The notes below the pieces were generated by a model, which saw only the letters and a program-made list of their open reading frames with translations, made no database searches and had not been told where the DNA came from. Shown here piece after piece: positions 1 to 9,700 of a stretch of DNA of 64,000 bases. The stretch spans positions 10,133 through 74,132 of the IMG/VR virus record IMGVR_UViG_3300008448_000049; one strand, given 5' to 3'. Source of the stretch: a virus. A program made the translations under genes and the position numbers. Numbering within the stretch: position 1 is the first letter of the stretch; each line of letters starts with the position of its first letter.

Positions 1-3000
1 CCTAAAAAGAATGGCTACACACCAGCAGAGATTGCTAAAAAATATAACACAGCTCCGTATAAAAAAATACTAGCTGATAAAAACACTGATGACTTACAAC
101 GTGAAACAGCAGAGCTAATGTTGTCTAACTTTAATTTAAAGTTGGGTAAGCTTGCTTTGATTCAAGAGTCAATGAAAGGCTTTCCTCAAGGTATTCCAGA
201 AATTGCTATGCCTTATTTAGAAGCAATGGAGATTAACCCTGAAGACTTAATGCAACAGAATCCAGGTGCGCCACAAGAAGGAGAAGATGCAGCAGGTCAG
301 GAAAGTGCTATGGAAATTGGTGGGCCTGTAATGGCTCAGCAACCAGGCGCTCCTCTTCAGTATCTACAAGACGGTGGACCAGATTACTTTGCCATGGGTG
401 GCTTAAAAAGATATCAAACTGCTGGAGCTGTTAAAGAAGAACCTAACCGTTATAAAGATATAAGCAATTGGGATAATTACCAAATTGACAATCCTTATGA
501 TTTTTATAATATACAAGAACGTATTTGGGATTCTTATAAAGGTACTGATAAACGTCTTGGGCAAGTTGATGATGATGCTATTAAAAAATTAGATGAGCAA
601 ATTGCATTAATCAATTCTTATAAAGAAACACAACCTGAAGTTTATAAAAATCTTTTACCTAGACTTGACAGATTAATTAAATCAAAACAGCAAGGTTCTG
701 AACTAGGACTTAAAGGAAGTGGAGATAGAAATGAATTTGAGTTAGGAGAACCTTATGTACATCCTGACATACAAGCTGCTAGTGATGCATATCCTGTAAT
801 GCCAGCAAAAGAACCTACACCAGGTTTTGGTGGAGGCTTTGGTGTTGATGATGAAGATGATGAACAAGAATTTGCAGGTACTTATAAAGATGATTATGAG
901 GCTTACATGGATGCATTAAAAAGCAATGATCCAAAAAAGATGGCTACCGTAGCAGATCAACTTATCAGCCGTGCTAGTTCAGCAACACCTTGGTATTCTG
1001 CAAAATGGTATCCTAATTCAAATGCTGATAAGTTTCAAGACTTAGCTAACATATTATATGAAAAAGCTTATCCAAAAGCTAAACCTAAAACGTCAACAAA
1101 AAATATAGAAGCTGCAAAAAGTGCAAAAGAGGTTTATCAAAAAGTTTATGATGAATATGCAAAGTTACCAGCTGGTCCAGCTAAACAAGAATTAAGAGGT
1201 AGACTGGATACATTATCTGCATTACATCCTGATTATTTAAAAAAACATGTCTCATCTGGGGTTAGTGGTGGACCATCAATAATGGGTACAGTTTCTTATG
1301 ATGCAAATGAGTTTACTCCTGATTTTTATAATGCTAAAGACTATGATTTAATAAATAAATATAAACAAGCTTATTTACAACCTAAAAAAGATACAGTAAC
1401 TAAAGTAGCTCCTAAAACAAATACAGTTCAAGAAGCTGGTTTTAAACCTAAATGGACTTTAGCTCAATTAGATTCAGCAATTGCAGCAGATGAAGCAAAG
1501 CCTAAAAAAAGATATGGTGGCGCAACTAAGAAAGTAAGAATAACTGGTTTACCTAGTAGTTTACAAAAAGCTCAGTATGGAAGTACTATACCAGTCAACA
1601 GTCCTTTAATGCAACCAGGGGTTCAACTTGATTTTAATAATCCTAATTATGCTGCTCAGGCTGCTATTAATACTAACTATAGTTTAGATGCAACAATCCC
1701 TGAAACAAGTCCTCTAAAGAAACCTGCAACTAAATTAGATTTTACAGCTTCAGACGCTACCAAACCTACTAATACTGAAAATAAAAATTTAGCATATAAG
1801 GATACTCAAATTAAATGGGGTCCAAAATATGGTGTGTCAGGACCAGCTACTGCTCAAGGTATTATAAGTGGTATGGATTTTATATCATCTCTTGGTAGAA
1901 ATAAAGAGATGTTAGCATTAGAGCAAAAAATGAAAGAAAAACAATTTAGTATGTTTACTCCTGAAGCTGGTAATAAAGGTAGTTGGGTACAAAGCGGTAT
2001 GGCTTACGGATTACAAAATCCTAATAGCAATATTGTACAACAACCTGGTTACATGACTATGCGTAGAAATACATTTGGTTATGGTAAAAGTGAATTTGGC
2101 GGAGCAATGGATCAATATAAACTAGGAGGTTTTACTACAGTAAATGGTCAAACAGGTGCTTATGATGACAGGTATCCTAATATATTTATCCCATTAACTC
2201 GTGCTGACTATGATTCTCGTATAGCTAAAGAAAATGCAGCAGCTGGTGCAAAAGCTCAACCGAGTTCTGGATCTTCATCTGGTTCTGGTGCCTCAAAGAA
2301 AGGTCAAAGTGTAGCCTCGACTATTGGTGTGTATACTCCTGAGTGGACCGCGTATTTAACAGAACTTGCTAAGTCATCTGGTATGTCAATTGATGATCCT
2401 AGATTTAAAGCTAAGTTGCCATCATATTTCTTTGATGATGCTACAGGTAGGTTAAAATCAAAAGCGGAACTAGAAAAATTAACAAGGACTGATGCTACAC
2501 AAAAAGCTTTAAAATCAGGAGCATTTGGTGATGAGTATTGGGAAGGTGCTTACAAAGATGATTTTGTAAGAAGACATAAAAAACTAATTGAAAAATTTGA
2601 AGCTGAACACCCTGGTGAAACATTTAATCCTACTAAAAAGGATTTAAAAGGTGGTTCTGAAAGTAGCCATATGAAATGGTTCCAAGAAGAGTATAACAAA
2701 ATGGCTAAAGAAAAAGGAGCTCCTACTTATGATTTTGGAGCACCTAATAGATTTGGCCGTTTAAGTTACAGTGTTCCTTCCTTTGAAGATTTTGAAGAAC
2801 CTACTAAAGCACCTGGTGAAAAACCTGCTGAAACTCAAACAGACAAGAAAACAAGTATGCCTGCTGAAGCGCTTAAGTATAAACATTTAGCTGAACCACG
2901 TATTAACACTCCAGCTTTTGGTTGGACTATGCAAGATATGAACAATATGGGAAGAGCTGTTTCAAGTTACTTTAGTACTAAAAAACAAATGCCATGGGAA

Positions 3001-3702
3001 GCAACACCAAATTTCTATCAAGCTGATACGGTATTTGATGATCCTACAAGAAGAATTGCAGCTATGAATGAGCAACGTAATATCGGTGCTCAAAACATGG
3101 CGGCCTTTACTAATCCTCAAGCTTACATGTCTAACTTCTTAGCTGCTAATAATCTTGGTGATGTAGCTAATGCTATATCAGATGTACATAGTAGAAACAT
3201 AAATATAGCTAATCAACGTGATGCTTATAATGCTCAAGCTTTAAATGCTTTTGATGCAGAAAGAGCCAACCGTGAAACAAGATTATACGATAAATCTAAT
3301 TTAGCTCAAGCGGCTTATGATGCTGAAAGAGAAGCTAAGAAAGATGTAATGAGTCAAGTATTTAATACAGGTATGAAGAATGCTGCTGATATTTATAATC
3401 TTAATCAGATGCGCCCTCAGTTTGCTGTTACTCCTTTTACTCAGACTATGTTCCACAGTAATCCACGTGATCTTAAACCTAATTATACGCAAGAGAAAAA
3501 TCTTGCTGATGTTTATAATGAGATTCTTGCATCACATGATAATCTTAATGCTACAGCAGAAGGAAGGAAAGTAGCATTAGAAGCAGCTAAGCAACAATTA
3601 AGAATTCCTCTTACTCAGGAAGATCCTTACTTGGAATACCAAAGGTCAAGAGCTCAAAGTCAGATACCTCAAGTAAACCCATATGCAGATCAGGAAAGTT
3701 AA
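1..3702 (+). CDS. Large virion/cargo structural protein (5'-truncated at window edge)
   Basis: Frame is open from position 1 (PKKNGYTPAEIAKKY...) into the 118..3702 ORF. Protein is low-complexity and Cys-free with recurrent xxGG motifs. It lies upstream of the crAss-like RNAP block. Confidence 0.65.
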   Translation, partial: PKKNGYTPAEIAKKYNTAPYKKILADKNTDDLQRETAELMLSNFNLKLGKLALIQESMKGFPQGIPEIAMPYLEAMEINPEDLMQQNPGAPQEGEDAAGQESAMEIGGPVMAQQPGAPLQYLQDGGPDYFAMGGLKRYQTAGAVKEEPNRYKDISNWDNYQIDNPYDFYNIQERIWDSYKGTDKRLGQVDDDAIKKLDEQIALINSYKETQPEVYKNLLPRLDRLIKSKQQGSELGLKGSGDRNEFELGEPYVHPDIQAASDAYPVMPAKEPTPGFGGGFGVDDEDDEQEFAGTYKDDYEAYMDALKSNDPKKMATVADQLISRASSATPWYSAKWYPNSNADKFQDLANILYEKAYPKAKPKTSTKNIEAAKSAKEVYQKVYDEYAKLPAGPAKQELRGRLDTLSALHPDYLKKHVSSGVSGGPSIMGTVSYDANEFTPDFYNAKDYDLINKYKQAYLQPKKDTVTKVAPKTNTVQEAGFKPKWTLAQLDSAIAADEAKPKKRYGGATKKVRITGLPSSLQKAQYGSTIPVNSPLMQPGVQLDFNNPNYAAQAAINTNYSLDATIPETSPLKKPATKLDFTASDATKPTNTENKNLAYKDTQIKWGPKYGVSGPATAQGIISGMDFISSLGRNKEMLALEQKMKEKQFSMFTPEAGNKGSWVQSGMAYGLQNPNSNIVQQPGYMTMRRNTFGYGKSEFGGAMDQYKLGGFTTVNGQTGAYDDRYPNIFIPLTRADYDSRIAKENAAAGAKAQPSSGSSSGSGASKKGQSVASTIGVYTPEWTAYLTELAKSSGMSIDDPRFKAKLPSYFFDDATGRLKSKAELEKLTRTDATQKALKSGAFGDEYWEGAYKDDFVRRHKKLIEKFEAEHPGETFNPTKKDLKGGSESSHMKWFQEEYNKMAKEKGAPTYDFGAPNRFGRLSYSVPSFEDFEEPTKAPGEKPAETQTDKKTSMPAEALKYKHLAEPRINTPAFGWTMQDMNNMGRAVSSYFSTKKQMPWEATPNFYQADTVFDDPTRRIAAMNEQRNIGAQNMAAFTNPQAYMSNFLAANNLGDVANAISDVHSRNINIANQRDAYNAQALNAFDAERANRETRLYDKSNLAQAAYDAEREAKKDVMSQVFNTGMKNAADIYNLNQMRPQFAVTPFTQTMFHSNPRDLKPNYTQEKNLADVYNEILASHDNLNATAEGRKVALEAAKQQLRIPLTQEDPYLEYQRSRAQSQIPQVNPYADQES

Positions 3703-3758
3703 ACTTTAAAAGTTTAAGTATAAACAATAAAAATTTTATTAAATTTACAGATAAAAAA

Positions 3759-6749
3759 ATGGCATCTTATTTAAACGGGGCACCCCAGTATATTCCTCAG
3801 ATACAACCGTATCAACCGGACTTAAACTTTTTAAATAATCTATTGCAGACTAAACAATCTGCATATGATAAAAACTATGATGCTTTAAGTAAAAGATATG
3901 GTTCATTGTTGAACTCACCAATGATGCGTCAAGATAATATTGAGAAGAGACAAGAGTTCTTTAATGTGATTGATAATGACATTAAAAGAATATCAGGTAT
4001 GGATTTATCTTTACAGCAAAATGCGGATGCTGCAGACAGCGTGTTTGATTCATTCCTCCAGAACAAAGACATTGTACATGACATGTCTTATACAAAAACA
4101 TATCAAAATCAATTGCAAAAAGGTGAGAGTTTAAAACTTTGTATAGATCAAGAACAATGCGGTGGTAAATATTCTGATGTAGCATTAAGAGCTTTAAACT
4201 ATAAAGCTGATGAATACAAGAAAGCTTCTAAGGAAGATGCCATGACTATGTCTCCTGGTGAGTTTGTACCTTTTATCAATGTTCAAGAGAAGATGAACAA
4301 ACAACTTGAAAAGATGTTAGGTAAAGATGGTTTAGGTACATTTGGTGTACAGCAAGTTATAAGAAGTAAGGATGGTAGATACAATATCAAGCTTACTAAT
4401 GGTGAATTACTTGCAACTCCTTTAAGAGATATGATGTTAAATCAGTTTTCTCAAGACCCTGGTTTTAAAGCAATGTATGAAACAGAGTCTTATGTAAACA
4501 GAAAAGACTGGATAGCTAGTAACAAACAAGGTTATAACAATGATGATGATCTAGCTGAAGATGCTTACTTCTCATTAGTTGATGCTCAAATACAACAAGC
4601 TAGGTCTGAATTACAAAAAGCTCAAGATAATAAAGTTGGTACAGATGCTAAGAAGAAAGTAATAGAAAAACAAATTAAAGAGACTGGTAGTACAGGTTCT
4701 GATGGTATAGCAAATGCTTTTGTAGCAGCAAGTTTTGATGATGCTTCTGCACAAAAAGCTTTAGAACATCATGAGCAAACAATCAAGGTAGCTAATTCTA
4801 TATTTGAAGCTGGTGATAACAGAGCTATGAAACGTCAACGTGTTGATGGGTTTATATCTAAAAACAAGATGACTAATGATATTACTAAAGCTTCTATCCT
4901 TGCTGCAAATCTTACAGGAAGAATGGATCAAGAAGAAGATAAATATAAACTTCATGAGACCAATGCTTATTTAGATTTCTCACTTGCTATGAAAAAACAA
5001 GATGCTGAATATTTATTAAAGAATGAGCATGAAAAATTTAAAACAGGTTTAGAGTTAAACAAATTTCAAATCATTGAAGAGTATAAAAAACGTGGTCCAG
5101 CTACTGGTACAGATAACAAACCCGTAGTTGTACAAAACTGGTTAGGAGCTACAACTGGAGAAGCTGGTGTAGATGAGATTGCTGAAATGCGTCAGACTAC
5201 AGGTTCTTCTGCTCAAGGTTATGTTGAAAGTATGAATGCTTTTTCTAGCGGATACGGTCAACAGATGATGGATATTGTTAGTAGTCAGACAGACCAGTCA
5301 GCTAAAACACAAGCTGAAAATACACTTATTGGTATTTATGGTAAAGCTCAATATGATGATAAAGGAACTTTACTTTCTGCAGGCTATGATCCTATAAGTA
5401 AATCTTTTGTTGATACAAAAGGTAATAAATCTAAAATGGCAAGTTCTGTTGTTACTGAGACTAACTCTAAATTGTTATATCAAAACGCATTGGTTGAAGC
5501 TGATAAGAATAAAGACATATTATCTCACAGTTCATTTTTAAATAAACAGGGTGCTGTCTATAAAAGAAATGTAGAAACCAATTTAGATCTGCACGCCGCT
5601 AGTAGTAAAATATTTGCTCAAAATAACAAGGTAGTAAAAAACCTTGGACAATTCTCAGATGTTAATGATCAAGTTGCTTGGAATGCAATGTTTGCTTCTG
5701 ACAATAGTCTTAACAACTATATTCAGTTTTCTAAGAATTATAAATCAGCATATACAGCTAATAACTTTGGAGCTCAAGCTAGTGATGATGAGGTAGCTGA
5801 AAAGTTTGCACAGATGGGTAAAGAGTACAATAAGATATATTCATCAAGTCCTAAAGGTGTTACAGCTTTAAATGGAAGTTCTATCTTTGGTAATGCTGGT
5901 GGTGGTAAAACTGCAGGTAATGCTTATATGTACACTTACAATTCTAATAGTCCAGCAAGTGAAGGTACAAGAGGATTAATAGGTATTTATGAAGATGCTT
6001 TAAACGGTGGATTTTTTACAGCTGGTCACCAGATGGATTTAGAAGGTGCTCAAAAAGCATCTAGTGAAAATGCTAAGAAAGCACTTGCTACATTAGTTAC
6101 AGATTTTAAATCAGGTAACCTATCAGAGGATGAAAAGAAAGCTGTAGCAGGTCAGTTGTTTTATTCAGACATTGCTTTAACTGATCCTAAGTTTGCAGGA
6201 GCTTATATTACATTTCCTGAGACTTGGTTAGCTAAATACAAAGGTTCAACAAAAGAAGCTGATGATGATACGTGGGCTGACTCTGAAGAATTAACAAACG
6301 GTATAGGTGTTTACTTTAATAAATCCACAGCTAAAAATGATTTGACAACAGCGTTTAAGTCTCAGCCATATGATATTATTTTAAATCATGCATCTAAAAC
6401 AATCTCTTCACCTAACGGTGGTGAGATCACAATCAATAAAAGAAATGCTGATCAATCTATTGATGTAACAGGTTACTTAAAAAGTTGGGATCCTGTTGAT
6501 AAAAAATACATACCGGTACCTATTTCACAACCCTATGGTCCAGAGACAGGTGGTCAAAGTATTTACAGTGGTATAAACTATATCATTTCTGAAATGGAGA
6601 AAAAAAATAACGCAGCTATACAAAGTGGTGCAAGAACATTTGATGTTAACTCATTGAATGAAGTTAAAATGACTCTAGATAAAATTTCAGGTAATCAACA
6701 AGACGTTGATTTAGCTCAAATATTTTATCAACAAACTCAGAATTATTAA
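3759..6749 (+). CDS. Putative virion/ejected protein (996 aa)
   Basis: Long helical ORF with a P/Q/Y-rich N-terminus, in the position typical of crAss-like ejected proteins preceding the RNAP genes. Confidence 0.6.
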   Translation: MASYLNGAPQYIPQIQPYQPDLNFLNNLLQTKQSAYDKNYDALSKRYGSLLNSPMMRQDNIEKRQEFFNVIDNDIKRISGMDLSLQQNADAADSVFDSFLQNKDIVHDMSYTKTYQNQLQKGESLKLCIDQEQCGGKYSDVALRALNYKADEYKKASKEDAMTMSPGEFVPFINVQEKMNKQLEKMLGKDGLGTFGVQQVIRSKDGRYNIKLTNGELLATPLRDMMLNQFSQDPGFKAMYETESYVNRKDWIASNKQGYNNDDDLAEDAYFSLVDAQIQQARSELQKAQDNKVGTDAKKKVIEKQIKETGSTGSDGIANAFVAASFDDASAQKALEHHEQTIKVANSIFEAGDNRAMKRQRVDGFISKNKMTNDITKASILAANLTGRMDQEEDKYKLHETNAYLDFSLAMKKQDAEYLLKNEHEKFKTGLELNKFQIIEEYKKRGPATGTDNKPVVVQNWLGATTGEAGVDEIAEMRQTTGSSAQGYVESMNAFSSGYGQQMMDIVSSQTDQSAKTQAENTLIGIYGKAQYDDKGTLLSAGYDPISKSFVDTKGNKSKMASSVVTETNSKLLYQNALVEADKNKDILSHSSFLNKQGAVYKRNVETNLDLHAASSKIFAQNNKVVKNLGQFSDVNDQVAWNAMFASDNSLNNYIQFSKNYKSAYTANNFGAQASDDEVAEKFAQMGKEYNKIYSSSPKGVTALNGSSIFGNAGGGKTAGNAYMYTYNSNSPASEGTRGLIGIYEDALNGGFFTAGHQMDLEGAQKASSENAKKALATLVTDFKSGNLSEDEKKAVAGQLFYSDIALTDPKFAGAYITFPETWLAKYKGSTKEADDDTWADSEELTNGIGVYFNKSTAKNDLTTAFKSQPYDIILNHASKTISSPNGGEITINKRNADQSIDVTGYLKSWDPVDKKYIPVPISQPYGPETGGQSIYSGINYIISEMEKKNNAAIQSGARTFDVNSLNEVKMTLDKISGNQQDVDLAQIFYQQTQNY

Positions 6750-6751
6750 TT

Positions 6752-9700
6752 ATGGCAGAAGAAGTTACACCACAACCCACAGAACCAGTATTACAATCCG
6801 CGCCAATAACACCTGGATTACCTGAGCAAGGTTCATCAACAGATCCTTTAGCAATACTAAGAGCTGAGATGCCTGTTGTAAATTCACTTATACCACAAGG
6901 CCTTCCTCCTAGTATAAATGCTAATCTTAATATTCAAGGTAGTTATCAAACAGGTCCTAACCCTGGTGCTAAAAAAGCCGGGACTATGGATTATGCATTA
7001 GCTCTTAGAGATATGATGCAAGATCCTAATTGGTCCCAAGATAAGTATAAGTATGGACGTACTTACTCTTATGGTGCTGGTAGCAAGAACATGAACTTTG
7101 ATAGATATTATAATCATCCAAAGTTTAAAGAATTAGGATTTTCTCCATACCGTGATAATGAAACTCACTATAATGAGAACTCATCTTGGTGGGATGACTT
7201 TAATAGAATGAAAGGTCAATGGGCCGGCTTAGCTTGGGGCGGTGCTAAATCTGTATGGGGTGATGAAAAAGAAGCTCATGAGAATATGGAGAAAGGTTTA
7301 GCTATTGGTTCATCTACAAGAGGTGGTGTTGGTGGTTGGGTAACAAACTTTGGTATTAACAGTGCTTACACTGTAGGTATCATGGGTGAGTTAATAGTAG
7401 AAGATGCCGCATTAGCCGCTGTTGAAGTAGCTTCATTTGGTACAGCAACTCCTGAGGTAGCTTATTTAGCAGCAACTAGAAACGCTATGGGTATTGGCAA
7501 AATTGCTAAAGCTTTAAAAGGTACAGCTAATTTTATCAAAGAACTTAAGAATGTAGATAAAGCTAAAGACTTTTTTACTGCCGCAAAAGCTTGGGATACA
7601 ACTAAAGATATTGCTAAATGGGCCAATCCTTTAGAACGTAGTATGGAGACAACCAGTCACTTGCTAAACAACACTCATGGTTTTAATAATTTAAAGTCTA
7701 GTGCTAAGATTAGTAAAAGCTTTGGTAGTTTTTATAGAGATATGCGTGAGTTAAATGTAGCTCACTCAGAAGCTAAGCTAGAAGGTGAAGGCGCTGCTAG
7801 TGAGTTTCAAGATAATATGATTGATAAGTTTTATGCTGAGAATGGCAGAATGCCAGAAGGTGATGAAGCTAAACGTATATTTGACACAGCACAATCTTTA
7901 AAGGCTTCTGTTATTGGAGCTAATGATTTAACAATCTATTTTACAAACAAGTTGGCCTTTGAAGATTTATTTGAAGGTATACGTCCTGGCGCTCAATTAG
8001 CAAAAGCTTTTACAGAAGTAGGCACAGAAGGATTTTTAAAAGTTGCAGGTAAAGCTTTTAAGAAAGCTACAGCAGCTACAGCAGGAAACGCGTTGTTACA
8101 AGAAGGAAAAAGAACAGGTGCTCAAAGAGTTGCTAACTTTTTAACTAAGTCACCTTACTTACCTTGGAGCCGTAAGTACATGGTTGGTAATATTGGTGAG
8201 GCTTTACAAGAAAATGCTCAAGAAGTTATTACTCAAGGTTACTCTAGTTACTATGATAAGATATACAGTGATCCTGTTAGTGCTGTACATGCAAGTGTAC
8301 TTTCTGAAATAGGTAAAGGTATTGGTGATCAGTTTTCACTAAAAGGTCTTGACACTTTTGCTCAAGGTTACTTAATGGGATCTCTTATTCAAGGAGGTGG
8401 AGCTGCTATAAAAAATAGTAAGAACTTAGGAGTGCGTGGTACTAAAGCTGCAGCTTATGGTGTAACAGGTGGTAAGGTAGGTGCTGAATGGAATTCTGAA
8501 ACAGAAGCTGACCGTGTAAAACAACAACGTGAAAAAAATAAGAATGAGGTAATGAATGCCGGCAATACTATTGCTGAACATGCATTGACTTATGGAGCTG
8601 GAGATGAGAGATCATCTTTTGCTGCAGCTATAAAATTAACAAATCAAGAAAAGAAAAACAGACTTGCGGAAGGAGATAAAGTAGGAGCTCATGACATGGG
8701 TGATGAAACTCAAATTAATCACTTTGAGATTCTTGCCAAAACAGGAAACATGAAACTGATTACAGATCATGTTGATGATATGCTTAGTCTTGAAGATAAA
8801 GATTTAGCAGACGCTTATAATCTTGATGAATCTCAAGCAGGTGATGCTAGAAAAAAGTTACAGACTTTAAAAAGTAGAGCTGAAACATATCAAGCTAGAT
8901 ATGATAAAGCTAAAAAGATTAATCCTAATCCACACAACCCGTGGATGTTTGATCCTAAAAAATATCCTGATGCCTATGAAGATGAATACTTTAAATACAT
9001 GGCTCATGAACAAGCTGTATCTGATATCTTATTTGCTACAGAAGACTTTGATAGAACTGGTGAGAGAATGGTTGGTATTGCCAACAAGCTTGCTGGTGTA
9101 GATTCAGCTTATCAAAATATATTAAACACTAGTCGTGGTGGTATTCCTATGGCTAATGTTACAGCTGTTGACTTAACTGCGTTGATAGATCCTATACAAT
9201 CTATTGATACTAAAACAAGTTTACAAAATCAGATTACAGCTATGGAGCTTGGCACACCTGAACAGAAAGCTAAAGCTGTTGAGTTAAAAGAACAACTTGA
9301 TTTTTTAGAAACTTGGCAAGGAGATGTTGAAACTTATCTTTTACATCTAGACTCAGATCATAAAGCTAATATATCTGAGGAAGAAAGAATGCTCAGAAAA
9401 GAAAGAGCTAGAATGTTACCCGGCGCTACAATTATTGAGAAATACAGTGGTCAAGAATTTAAAATTGAGACTGACGCTAAAGGTGAATTGTACATCAATA
9501 AAAATGGTAAACTTAAAAAGTTTAACAAAAATAATTACACTGTAAGTAAAGATGCTCCTGGTGTAAGTCCTGAATATTTAGAGGTAGAAGGTGATGAGTT
9601 AAATAATGCTATAGCCAGATTACATGGGTCATTTCAAAAATACATAAAGAATGTAGCTAAGATGAATAAGGGTTACACCTTTGATGATCAGTTGAATGAA

